Source: an uncultured Gammaproteobacteria bacterium
GTDB taxonomy: Bacteria > Patescibacteriota > Microgenomatia > UBA12405
DNA length: 63,694 nucleotides
Assembly: GCA_964537905.1 (NCBI GenBank)
Contig: CAZICU010000002.1
Location: 1-63,694, forward strand
Direction: 5' to 3'
Shown here piece by piece: positions 41,390-53,083 of this stretch (position 1 is its first letter; every line of letters starts with the position of its first letter). The notes beneath the pieces are model-generated. The model was not told where the DNA came from, made no database searches, and saw only the letters and a list, made by a program, of their open reading frames with translations. Position numbers and translations under genes: made by a program.

Positions 41390-42850
41390 ATGTCAGACGT
41401 AAAACTTAACGATCTTCAAAAACAACGTCAAGATAAACTTGAGAAAATGAAATCTCTTGGTCTTGATCAATATCCTCAGCCAAATTTATCTCAGAAATCT
41501 TCTATTTCATTGGCCAGAGACATGATGGATAAATCAGTCGAAGTAGCTGGTCGGATTATGTCACTTCGTGGTCATGGAAAAATTCTTTTTGCTGATTTAC
41601 ACGATCAAACAGGTAAAATTCAGCTTTTTTTTCAAGAAAAAATTCTTGGTGACAAAATGTCACAAACTAAACTTCTTGATTTAGGTGACATCGTTTCTGT
41701 TTGTGGTGAAGTTTTTAAAACTACTGCTGGAGAAACTACCATTAATGTTTACAAATTTGAAATTTTAGCCAAAAATTTACGACCACTTCCTGAAAAATGG
41801 CATGGTTTAAAAGATATTGAAGAACGTTATCGTCAGCGCTATGTTGATCTTATCGTTAATCCTGAAACTCGAGAAGTTTTTAAAACCAGAACCAGAATCT
41901 TAACTGAAATGCGTCGCTTTCTTGATGATCACGGTTTTATGGAAGTTGAAACTCCAGTTCTTCAACCAGTTTATGGTGGAGCTTCAGCTAAACCATTCGT
42001 CACTCATCACAATACTCTTGATATGGATATGTATCTTCGTATTTCCGATGAACTTTATCTTAAAAGATTAATTGTCGGTGGTTTTGAAAAAGTTTACGAA
42101 GTTAGTCGTGATTTCCGCAACGAAGGTGTTTCTCGTTTTCACAATCCAGAGTTTACTCAAATTGAATTTTATTGGGCTTATGTTGATTATCAAGTCTTAA
42201 TGCAATTTACGCAAGATTTGGTCAAAAAAATCATCCAAATGGTCAAAGGCAGCCTTAAATTTTCTTTTCAAGGCACTGAACTTGATTTCAGTAAACCCAT
42301 CGAAAGAATTACTTTTACTGATGTCATCAAAAAACATACTGGTATTGATATCGATCAAATTCGCACCGAAGAAGACTTTAAAAAAGCTTTAACTGATAAA
42401 AATCTTAAAGTTGATATGAAAGGAGTGGTTGGTCTTGGTGCTTGTTTCGACGCTCTTTACAAAGAACATGTCCGACCAAACATTATTGGTCCGGCCTTCA
42501 TTTGTGATTACCCCGCCGAAATGATCGCTTTAGCCAAACGCAAAGCCGATAATCCCACCAAAATTTCTTCATTCCAACTACTTATCTGTGGTACTGAATT
42601 CCTCAAAGCTTACAATGAATTAAATGATCCCAAAGATCAATCCGATCGTTGGCTCGATGAAGTTGCCCTCGAAAAGAAAGGTAATGAAACAGCTATGCAA
42701 TTCGATAGTGATTACATTCGGGCTCTCGAATACGGCATGCCACCAACTGCTGGTTGGGGTATGGGTATCGATCGCTTTACCCAACTTCTTACCGACCAAT
42801 CTACCATCAAAGACGTCATTCTCTTTCCAGCTATGAGAAAAGAAGAATAA
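41390..42850 (+). CDS. lysS: Lysine--tRNA ligase (class II)
   Basis: Has an N-terminal OB fold, motif 2 (FRNEGVSRFHNPEFTQIEFY) and motif 3 (GWGMGIDRF). Confidence 0.95.
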   Translation: MSDVKLNDLQKQRQDKLEKMKSLGLDQYPQPNLSQKSSISLARDMMDKSVEVAGRIMSLRGHGKILFADLHDQTGKIQLFFQEKILGDKMSQTKLLDLGDIVSVCGEVFKTTAGETTINVYKFEILAKNLRPLPEKWHGLKDIEERYRQRYVDLIVNPETREVFKTRTRILTEMRRFLDDHGFMEVETPVLQPVYGGASAKPFVTHHNTLDMDMYLRISDELYLKRLIVGGFEKVYEVSRDFRNEGVSRFHNPEFTQIEFYWAYVDYQVLMQFTQDLVKKIIQMVKGSLKFSFQGTELDFSKPIERITFTDVIKKHTGIDIDQIRTEEDFKKALTDKNLKVDMKGVVGLGACFDALYKEHVRPNIIGPAFICDYPAEMIALAKRKADNPTKISSFQLLICGTEFLKAYNELNDPKDQSDRWLDEVALEKKGNETAMQFDSDYIRALEYGMPPTAGWGMGIDRFTQLLTDQSTIKDVILFPAMRKEE

Positions 42851-42851
42851 T

Positions 42852-43442
42852 ATGAACAAAGAAACTTATAAATCAGCCATCAAAAAAACTCTCGAGAAAA
42901 ATATTTTTTATCATTCGTTGGCTCTTGAAGCCTGCATGGGTGGCATTTATGATTATCTTTCCCAAAATAATTTACTCAAATCAGATGAATTGTCTCGCGA
43001 AGATTGGACTTTAGCTGGCCTAATTCACGATATTGATTATGCCGGTGATTTCAAAGAATCTCACCCCAACAAAACCAAAGAAGCTCTCTCAAAATTTAAT
43101 CTAGAAATTTCTGATAATATTGATAAATTAGTTAAATCTCACGCTCCAAAAATTTCCGGAATTGAGCCCCAAACCCAAGCTCAATGGTCTATATTTTGTG
43201 CCGACAGTTTGACTGGTTTAATTGTTGCCGTTGCTTTTGTTTATCCTTCTCGAAAATTAGCTGATGTCAAAACTAGTTCAGTTCTCAAAAGATTTCTCAA
43301 AGAACCTCGTTTTGCCGCCGGCACTCGCCGCGACGAAGTTAAAATGTGTGAATTAGCTGATGGCCTAAATATTCCTCTGGAAAAATTTATCGAAATTTGT
43401 TTAACTTCCATGCAACAAATCTCCTCAGAGATTGGGTTATAA
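42852..43442 (+). CDS. HD-domain phosphohydrolase (COG2316-like)
   Basis: Carries H..LIHDIDY metal-binding residues. The 196-aa size fits. Confidence 0.7.
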   Translation: MNKETYKSAIKKTLEKNIFYHSLALEACMGGIYDYLSQNNLLKSDELSREDWTLAGLIHDIDYAGDFKESHPNKTKEALSKFNLEISDNIDKLVKSHAPKISGIEPQTQAQWSIFCADSLTGLIVAVAFVYPSRKLADVKTSSVLKRFLKEPRFAAGTRRDEVKMCELADGLNIPLEKFIEICLTSMQQISSEIGL

Positions 43443-43449
43443 TAAAACA

Positions 43450-43794
43450 ATGGCTATTGTTAAAATTGAAAATTTCCCAACAGAAGACGAATTTAAAAAA
43501 TTATCAGAAGAATTTGGAGAATATATAAAGTTAGTTGCCGATATTGAAAAAGAAATTTTGTATGGCGGTTCTCGTCTCCACGCTGATATTGAAAGTATTC
43601 TCTTAAAAGATGGGTCACTTCAAAATAATATTTGGGGTGGAGGTATAGATTTAAACTCAAAAAAAATAGATTGTTTTGCTGTTGCTAATATTCGAGCTGG
43701 TCTAAACCCAAGTACTGAGATTTTAGATCCAGTTATTCGTGAAAAATTTATAAAAATAGTTAAAAAATATTTTCCAGATTTTATTTATGGATAA
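43450..43794 (+). CDS. Small conserved-looking hypothetical protein
   Basis: The ORF starts MAIVKIENFPTEDEF... and contains ..YGGSRLHADIE..IWGGGIDL. The ATG at 43450 is preferred to TTG 43432, which overlaps the HD gene. Confidence 0.45.
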   Translation: MAIVKIENFPTEDEFKKLSEEFGEYIKLVADIEKEILYGGSRLHADIESILLKDGSLQNNIWGGGIDLNSKKIDCFAVANIRAGLNPSTEILDPVIREKFIKIVKKYFPDFIYG

Positions 43795-44044
43795 ATCAAA
43801 ACTTGAATTATTAAATGTGTGCACCGATCTTAAAAGAGCAGTTATACAAATTGTTAATAATAAAAATGATTCAATTTTTATTAAAAACATTTTAAAAAAT
43901 TATTCCAATTTAAAAAAAATTGATCCCAACATTTCTAAATTTATAGATATCAATTATTTAAAAAATAATTCAGATTCACCAAAAATTATGGCAGAAAATC
44001 TATTACTCCAATCTGTCCGATTACAACATTACTTAGGTTTTTAA
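43787..44044 (+). CDS. Small hypothetical protein
   Basis: 85-aa ORF that overlaps both of its neighbours by a few nt (operon-like). No motif was recognised. Confidence 0.35.
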   Translation: MDKSKLELLNVCTDLKRAVIQIVNNKNDSIFIKNILKNYSNLKKIDPNISKFIDINYLKNNSDSPKIMAENLLLQSVRLQHYLGF

Positions 44045-44607
44045 TGGAAAATAATATAATTCACACTGCTATTACCAAATCTGGCAAAACAATTTCTTTT
44101 CGTTATCCAACTATTGATGATGCTGAAATTTTAAAAAATTACATCAATAAAATTTCCGCCGAAAAAAGTTTTTTATTAATGCAAGGTGTTCAAAAAACTA
44201 TCGAGGATGAACAAAATTGGCTTAAGTCGTTTATTGAAAATAAAAATAAAAAAGTAATTATTTTAGCCATCGTCGACGAAAAAATAGTTGGTATTAGTGA
44301 TGTTGAATTAAAATCAGATGCCAAATGTCATGTTGGTTCTTTTGGAATTTCTATTGATATAGATTATCGTGGAGACGGAATTGGTAAAGAATTAATGGAA
44401 GTAGTAATCGAAGAATCGATCGAAAAATTAAATGGTCTAAAAATTATTGAATTAGAAGTTTTTGGCCAAAATAAAATTGCTCAAAATTTATATAAAAAAA
44501 TGGGTTTTATAGAATACGGTCGTTTACCAAAGAGTTTAAAACGCCGCGGAAAATTTGATGACGCCATCTTAATGTATAAAAAAATCAACAGATATTGTAA
44601 AATTTAA
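44044..44607 (+). CDS. GNAT family N-acetyltransferase
   Basis: The acetyl-CoA-binding motif reads YRGDGIGKELM and is followed by NKIAQNLYKKMGF. Confidence 0.8.
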   Translation: MENNIIHTAITKSGKTISFRYPTIDDAEILKNYINKISAEKSFLLMQGVQKTIEDEQNWLKSFIENKNKKVIILAIVDEKIVGISDVELKSDAKCHVGSFGISIDIDYRGDGIGKELMEVVIEESIEKLNGLKIIELEVFGQNKIAQNLYKKMGFIEYGRLPKSLKRRGKFDDAILMYKKINRYCKI

Positions 44608-44609
44608 TA

Positions 44610-45218
44610 TCAAAAAGAAGAAAGATAATTATATAAAATTTTTGATTTATCACTAGGTTTATATCCATAAGAATTGTCTATTCTTTCAGGATAATTTTTG
44701 AAGTCACATATTATTAGACGAATCTCTTTGTTGGGACTAATTTTTTTTACATCATCTCCAAAATATTTCAATGTTTCTCTTGATAAAATAATCAAATCAA
44801 AATTATCTTTCTGAATGTTTTTTAAAATACCATAAGGGAGTTCATTAACAGTAAAATAATCAAGGATGGCTTTAACCTTTTGTTCTTGCCCATAATAATA
44901 TGGTTTTTTTGTTTCAGGGATTTTCTGTTCTTGAAACCCTCGCTTAAAATCATTACAAACTTGTTGTCTTTTTACACAAAGAGCTTCATCCAGCAAACCA
45001 ACTACTGCTATTCCCTTCTCCTCACATTTATGGACTACTTTTTCAGAAAAATTTCCTATCATTTTTTGGCTGCATTCTATTCCGATTCTAGATCCAGATG
45101 GTAATTCATCTATTAATCCAACCAGGTTTTCACATAACTCAGGTATCAGTATGGGATGTTCAAAACTAGAATTAGTATCAACAACTCGAGTCTCAAAACT
45201 AGTCTCAATATTACTCAT
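44610..45218 (-). CDS. Hypothetical protein
   Basis: 202-aa ORF with no recognised motif. Confidence 0.4.
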   Translation of the reverse strand: MSNIETSFETRVVDTNSSFEHPILIPELCENLVGLIDELPSGSRIGIECSQKMIGNFSEKVVHKCEEKGIAVVGLLDEALCVKRQQVCNDFKRGFQEQKIPETKKPYYYGQEQKVKAILDYFTVNELPYGILKNIQKDNFDLIILSRETLKYFGDDVKKISPNKEIRLIICDFKNYPERIDNSYGYKPSDKSKILYNYLSSF

Positions 45219-45329
45219 ACTGGACTCATATTAACATAATTATTTTTTTAATGTAATTTCAAATTTTCAAACTTGCGATAAAATTACGGGATTTATTTTG
45301 ATTTCTTTTTGTTACAATAAAAGCATCAA

Positions 45330-46598
45330 ATGATTGATGTAAATTTACTCCGACAACAACCAGAACTCATCAAAACTGCGCTCAAAAATCGCCAAAAAGA
45401 TTCTACTCTGGCTGACAAAGTTTTAGATTTTGAAATTACTCGTCGAGAACTTTTGTCTCATGTCGAAAAACTTCGTGCCGATCAAAACTCTTTGACTCGT
45501 CAATTCAAAGGTAAACCTACTGATGAACAATTACAGGAAGCTACTCAAATTAAAAATAATCTTAAAGAAAAAGAAACCGCTCTCAAAGATTTGGAAGATA
45601 AACAAAATTTAATTTTAGAAGAAATTCCCAATATTCCTGCCGATGATGTCCCAATTGGTAAAGACGAATCCGAAAATATTATTTATAAAACTGTTGGTGA
45701 AGTTCCTAAATTTGATTTTCAACCACTTGATCATGCCGATTTGGGTGAAAAATTAGATATTATCGACATTAAAAAAGCCGCCCAAGTTTCTGGTTCTCGT
45801 TTTGGTTATTTCAAAGGTCAAGGTGCTGTTCTTGAAATGGCGGTTATGTTTTATGCTTTTCAAAAACTTATCAAAAAAGGTTTTATTGGCATGATTCCTC
45901 CAGCCATGGTCAAAAGTGCCAGTGAATGGAAATGTGGTTATGCTAGCAATAAAAATTTATTTAATGCCTATTATTCCGCACCTGAAGATGATTTAATTTT
46001 TATTTCTAGTTCCGAACACGCTGTCGTTCCATACCATATGGATGAAATTTTAGATGCTAGTAAATTACCCTTAAAATACGTCAATTTTTCACCATGTTTT
46101 CGTCGTGAAGCGGGGACTTATGGTAAGGATATGAAAGGTCTACTTCGAGTTCATTTTTTTAATAAAGTTGAAATGAATATTTTTACTCTTCCTGATTATA
46201 AAATTTCTGATGATATGTGTCTTGAAATGTTAGCCAACGAAGAAGAAATTATGCAAGATTTTGGTATACCATACCAAATCGTCAAAAATTGTACCGGTGA
46301 TTTACCTCAACCAAATCGTCGTATGTATGATATCAACTCTTGGTTTCCTGGTCAAAACGCTTATCGTGAAACTCAATCTTGTAGTAATTGTGGTGATTAT
46401 CAAGCTCGCCGTCTCAATACCAAAGTTAAAATTGATGGTAAAAACGAATTAGTTCATATTTTAAATGCTACTATGATTACTGATCGGGCTGTTTTGGCTA
46501 TTATCGAAAATCATCAACAAGCTGATGGTAGTATCATTATTCCTCAAGTTCTACAGCCCTTAACTAACTTCGACGTTATCAAACCTTCACAAAGCTAG
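45330..46598 (+). CDS. serS: Serine--tRNA ligase
   Basis: Has an N-terminal coiled-coil arm and class II motifs (CFRREAGTYGKDMKGLLRVHFFNKVE). Confidence 0.95.
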   Translation: MIDVNLLRQQPELIKTALKNRQKDSTLADKVLDFEITRRELLSHVEKLRADQNSLTRQFKGKPTDEQLQEATQIKNNLKEKETALKDLEDKQNLILEEIPNIPADDVPIGKDESENIIYKTVGEVPKFDFQPLDHADLGEKLDIIDIKKAAQVSGSRFGYFKGQGAVLEMAVMFYAFQKLIKKGFIGMIPPAMVKSASEWKCGYASNKNLFNAYYSAPEDDLIFISSSEHAVVPYHMDEILDASKLPLKYVNFSPCFRREAGTYGKDMKGLLRVHFFNKVEMNIFTLPDYKISDDMCLEMLANEEEIMQDFGIPYQIVKNCTGDLPQPNRRMYDINSWFPGQNAYRETQSCSNCGDYQARRLNTKVKIDGKNELVHILNATMITDRAVLAIIENHQQADGSIIIPQVLQPLTNFDVIKPSQS

Positions 46599-46605
46599 AG
46601 GAGCC

Positions 46606-46658
46606 ACCTTTACCCGCCGGAGTCCTGATTATCGGGACAAAGGCGGGCAGGTCTTTTT
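46606..46658 (+). terminator. G/C-rich compound stem-loop followed by a T-run (serS terminator)
   Basis: The outer stem pairs ACCT..CCCGCC with GGCGGG.AGGT and encloses GTCC-tgattatcg-GGAC. A CTTTTT run follows. Confidence 0.65.
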
Positions 46659-46694
46659 CAAATAAAATTTTTAATCTTCGGTATAATATAACCT

Positions 46695-49391
46695 ATGCTT
46701 GATTTCTTAAAAAATATTTTTGATGAAAATTCCAAAAGAATCAAATCTTATCAAAAGATAATTGAAAAAATTAATTCTTTCGAAGAAGATATTACTAAAC
46801 TCAATGATGAAGAATTATCTCAAAAAACCGATCATTTCAAAAAACTCCTTAAAAAAGGTAAAACATTAGATGATATTCTTCCCGAAGCTTTTGCAGTTGT
46901 TCGTGAAGCTGTCAAACGAACCATTGGTGAACGAGCCTATGATGTTCAATTGATGTCCGCCATTACCTTACATCAAGGTGCTATAGCCGAACAAAAAACC
47001 GGTGAAGGAAAAACTCATTCAGTTATTTTTCCCGCTTATTTAAATGCTCTTACTGGTCGAGGAGTTCATATAATTACTCCCAATGATTATCTTACTCGGG
47101 TTGGTACTGGTTGGTATCCTCAGGCTTTAAATTTGTTAGGTATTTCTACTTCCTGTTTAATTCATGAACAATCATTTTTACTCGATCCAAAATACACCGA
47201 CGAATCTGAAAAAATTGATAATCGTTTAGCTCATTTAAAACCAATTTCTCGTCAAGAAGCCTACCAAGCCGACGTAACTTATGGTACCAATAATGAATTC
47301 GGATTTGATTATCTTCGCGATCATATGGCTCCTCATCAAGATCAAGTGGTTCAAAGAGATCATTATTTTGCCATCGTCGATGAAGTTGATTTTGTTCTTA
47401 TTGATGAAGCCAGAACTCCTTTAATTATTTCTTCTCCCAACGATCAGCCCACTGATAAATATTATAAATTTGCTCAAATTGCCAAACAACTCCAATCAAC
47501 TGATTATGTAATTGATGAAAAGTCTCGTTCAGCCACTTTGTCAGAATATGGTATTCGTAAAGTTGAAAGAATTTTAAATGTCGGTAATTTATATGAAGAA
47601 TCTTTTGAAACTATTCATTATATTGAAAACGCTATCAAAGCCATTGCTTTATTCCATAAAGACAAAGATTACGTTATTAAAGATGGTCAAATAGTTATAG
47701 TTGATGAATTTACTGGTCGTTTAATGGATGGTCGTCGTTGGTCTGATGGTCTTCATCAAGCCGTTGAAGCCAAAGAAAATGTCACAGTTCAACGGGAATC
47801 TCAAACATGGGCGACTATAACTTTTCAAAATTATTTTAGACTTTATCAAAAACTTTCTGGTATGACTGGCACAGCCGCCACTGAATCTGAAGAATTTAAA
47901 AAGATTTATGATCTTGATGTCGTTTCTATTCCTACTCATCGTCCTCTTCAGCGTCTTGATCAACATGATTTAATTTTTAAGACTCAAAGAGCTAAATATG
48001 CCGCTATTGCTAATTTCATTGAAGAGAAATATAAAAATGGTCAACCAGTCTTAATTGGTACTACTTCTATTGAAAAAAATCAAATAATTTCTTCTTTACT
48101 TCGTAAAAAAGGCCTACCCCATCAAGTTTTAAATGCTAAAAATCATCGTTCTGAAGCAGAAATTATCGCCAAAGCCGGTAAAAAAGGCAGTATTACTGTG
48201 GCTACCAATATGGCTGGTCGAGGCGTCGATATTATTTTAGGCGGCCCGAAAGATGGTTTAACCAAAGATAAATGGCAAAAAGAACACGATGAAGTTCTCA
48301 AATTAGGGGGATTATGTGTTATTGGTACCGAACGTCACGAATCACGTCGAATCGATAATCAATTACGGGGTCGTGCTGGTCGTCAAGGTGATCCTGGTTT
48401 TTCTCAATTTTATATTGCTCTTGATGATGATATTATGCGTATTTTTGGTGGCGAAAAAATCAGTTCTCTTATGAGTCGGTTTAATATGCCAGAAGATACT
48501 CCATTAACTCATCCTTTAGTTTCCAAAGTTATTGAACAAATTCAAGTTAAAGTAGAAGGTTTTCATTTTGATGCTCGTAAAAATTTAGTTGAATATGATG
48601 ACGTTATTAATAAACAACGTCAAATAGTTTACAAACTTCGTGATCAAGTTTTATATCATCAAAAATTTTCTCCAGACAAAAATCAGGAAGTTGTTTTTAA
48701 ATATCTTTCTAATCAAATAAACAATTTGATAAATATCAATACTTCCTATGATAGTGGAAAAGCCGATATAGATAAAGCTATTTTAGAATTTATGGAAATT
48801 CTTCCTATAAATTCTAGTGATAAAAGTCAACTCAAAAAAGACTTAGAAAAAAGTAGTAATTCTTCAGAATTGCTTACTGATCTTCTAAAAAAACAATGGC
48901 AGTCTCGAGTCCAAATGTTTGGATCAGAAATTGCCAGTAGTATTTTAGCTTTTTCTGTTGTTTCCACTCTTGATCCACTTTGGGTGGAACATCTAACTAG
49001 ATTAGATAATCTTCGTGATAGTGTTCGCCTTCGTGGTTATGCTCAAAAAGATCCTTTAGTAGAATATCGCAAAGAAGGGTTTGAAATGTTCCAAAAATTA
49101 ATGGAGCAATTTGAGTACAATTTGGCTCGTAAACTTTTTCGTCTTGAACCTGTGGCTCCTCAAACTATAACTCCACAAAATGTTATCGAAGGTAGGGGAT
49201 CTGCTCTTGAAAATCAACCAGAATTAAATAATCAAGATAATAAAAACAATGAGTCTGGTAATAGTGAGCCTGTCGAACTACCACCGCTTCCTCAGCCAAT
49301 TAAAAAAGATCAAATTGTTGGTCGAAATGATCTTTGTCCTTGTGGTTCTGGTAAAAAATATAAAAAGTGTTGTTACCCAAAATTTGGGTAA
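46695..49391 (+). CDS. secA: Preprotein translocase ATPase SecA
   Basis: Carries the motor motifs AEQKTGEGKT and DEVDFVLIDEARTPLIIS, plus the C-terminal Zn motif CPCGSGKKYKKCC. Confidence 0.95.
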   Translation: MLDFLKNIFDENSKRIKSYQKIIEKINSFEEDITKLNDEELSQKTDHFKKLLKKGKTLDDILPEAFAVVREAVKRTIGERAYDVQLMSAITLHQGAIAEQKTGEGKTHSVIFPAYLNALTGRGVHIITPNDYLTRVGTGWYPQALNLLGISTSCLIHEQSFLLDPKYTDESEKIDNRLAHLKPISRQEAYQADVTYGTNNEFGFDYLRDHMAPHQDQVVQRDHYFAIVDEVDFVLIDEARTPLIISSPNDQPTDKYYKFAQIAKQLQSTDYVIDEKSRSATLSEYGIRKVERILNVGNLYEESFETIHYIENAIKAIALFHKDKDYVIKDGQIVIVDEFTGRLMDGRRWSDGLHQAVEAKENVTVQRESQTWATITFQNYFRLYQKLSGMTGTAATESEEFKKIYDLDVVSIPTHRPLQRLDQHDLIFKTQRAKYAAIANFIEEKYKNGQPVLIGTTSIEKNQIISSLLRKKGLPHQVLNAKNHRSEAEIIAKAGKKGSITVATNMAGRGVDIILGGPKDGLTKDKWQKEHDEVLKLGGLCVIGTERHESRRIDNQLRGRAGRQGDPGFSQFYIALDDDIMRIFGGEKISSLMSRFNMPEDTPLTHPLVSKVIEQIQVKVEGFHFDARKNLVEYDDVINKQRQIVYKLRDQVLYHQKFSPDKNQEVVFKYLSNQINNLININTSYDSGKADIDKAILEFMEILPINSSDKSQLKKDLEKSSNSSELLTDLLKKQWQSRVQMFGSEIASSILAFSVVSTLDPLWVEHLTRLDNLRDSVRLRGYAQKDPLVEYRKEGFEMFQKLMEQFEYNLARKLFRLEPVAPQTITPQNVIEGRGSALENQPELNNQDNKNNESGNSEPVELPPLPQPIKKDQIVGRNDLCPCGSGKKYKKCCYPKFG

Positions 49392-49474
49392 ATTTATTTT
49401 AATTTCCATTATTATCTAAATCGTACTATAATTAAATTTATCAAACTTAATCAAGTTATTTATTATAAAAAAAT

Positions 49475-50494
49475 ATGTTTAATGTCAAACGTTCAATTAC
49501 TAAATGTGATCCAGGTTTTACTTATGAAAGTGATTCAAATTTAACCTTAGCTTTGTCTCATGTAACTGAAATTGGAGCGATTTCTGCGGCTCATACAGCT
49601 GGCTTAGGAGATAAAGAAAAATCCGATTTTGAAGCTGTTAGTGCTATGAGAGATCTTTTTAATCGAATCGATTTTTGTGGTCGAATAGTTATTGGTGAAG
49701 GAGAACGTGATGAAGCTCCTATGTTATATATCGGAGAAAAAGTTGGTACAGGTAAAGGTCCTGAAGTTGATATTGCTATTGATCCTTTAGAAAATACTAA
49801 CGCTACTGCTGTTTTTGGACCTCGTGCTGTGTCCGTTTTAGCTGCTTCCGAAAAAGGTGGGCTATTCCATGCCCCAGATATGTATTTAGAAAAACTCATT
49901 GTTGGATCTCAATCTGCTGGTAAAGTTTCTTTAGATTTTCCGGTTGCTAAAAATTTAGAAATAATTGCCAAATCTTTAAATCGGGCTGTATCTGATTTAG
50001 TAATTGTTGTTTTAGACCGTGATCGAAATCAAACTTTGATTTCCGATATTAGACAAGCCGGTGCTCGGGTAAAACTAATTCCCGATGGTGATTTAGTCCC
50101 AGGAGTTGCTGTTTGTATGGGAGGTTCAGGTATTCATGCTGTTATGGGAATTGGGGCTGCTCCCGAAGGTGTTATTAGCTCTGCTGGTATTCGTTGTCTC
50201 AAAGGAGAGATGCAAGCTCGATTTTGGATTCGAGACGAAGCTGAAAAACAACGTTTAATTAAAATGGGTGGACAACCGGGTAAAATTTACACCCACAATG
50301 AATTAGCCAGTGGTAAAACTATTATATTCTGTTGTACTGCTGTTACTGATGGGGAACTATTTAAAGGAGTCAGATTCTTTGGTGGTGGTGCTCGGACTAC
50401 TAGCTTAGTAATGAGTACAAAATCTGGAAAAATTAGATTTATTGAAACTACTCATATATACGACAGAGACAAACTCGAATATCGTCTTAGTTAA
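49475..50494 (+). CDS. glpX: Class II fructose-1,6-bisphosphatase
   Basis: GlpX-type sequence: GEGERDEAPMLYIGEKVG, AIDPLENTN and PDGD. Confidence 0.9.
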   Translation: MFNVKRSITKCDPGFTYESDSNLTLALSHVTEIGAISAAHTAGLGDKEKSDFEAVSAMRDLFNRIDFCGRIVIGEGERDEAPMLYIGEKVGTGKGPEVDIAIDPLENTNATAVFGPRAVSVLAASEKGGLFHAPDMYLEKLIVGSQSAGKVSLDFPVAKNLEIIAKSLNRAVSDLVIVVLDRDRNQTLISDIRQAGARVKLIPDGDLVPGVAVCMGGSGIHAVMGIGAAPEGVISSAGIRCLKGEMQARFWIRDEAEKQRLIKMGGQPGKIYTHNELASGKTIIFCCTAVTDGELFKGVRFFGGGARTTSLVMSTKSGKIRFIETTHIYDRDKLEYRLS

Positions 50495-50520
50495 TTAAAC
50501 TTAATTTATTTAGTAAATAA

Positions 50521-52627
<2,107 letters not shown>

Positions 52628-52633
52628 TAATTC

Positions 52634-53071
52634 ATGGACTGTATTTTTTGCAAAATTATTAAAGGCGAAATTCCCTGTCATAAAGTTTATGAAGACGATA
52701 ATTTTTTAGCTTTTCTTGATATTAATCCAACTTCTCTTGGTCACACTCTTTTAATCCCCAAAATTCACTATCGTTGGGTTTATGATGTTCCTAATTTTGG
52801 TGAATATTGGCTAGTCGCTCAAAAAATAGCTCTAAATATTAAAAATTCGCCTTTAAATCCAGAATATATTAGTTTTCTTACCATGGGCAATGAAGTTCCC
52901 CACGCCCATATTCATATCATTCCTCGCTCATTAACCGATTCTATTCAACCAGTTCTTGGCAGTATTCCTCATCTCAAAATAACCAATGAAGACTTTGTAA
53001 AAATAGCCTTAACAATTAAAACTTCTAAATTTTCACCAGATAAATCAAACACGTCAGTCAAAAATACCTAA
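52634..53071 (+). CDS. HIT family protein
   Basis: Has the histidine triad HAHIHIIP and an N-terminal CIFCKI motif. Confidence 0.85.
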   Translation: MDCIFCKIIKGEIPCHKVYEDDNFLAFLDINPTSLGHTLLIPKIHYRWVYDVPNFGEYWLVAQKIALNIKNSPLNPEYISFLTMGNEVPHAHIHIIPRSLTDSIQPVLGSIPHLKITNEDFVKIALTIKTSKFSPDKSNTSVKNT

Positions 53072-53083
53072 CAATATGACAAA

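Noticed and set aside
43787-44607. GNAT toxin / small antitoxin (TacT-TacA / AtaT-AtaR-like) pair
   Set aside because: The upstream 85-aa ORF shows no RHH/DUF1778-like features. The GNAT looks like an ordinary RimI/RimJ-type acetyltransferase embedded in a housekeeping operon. There is no positive evidence for a toxin-antitoxin module.
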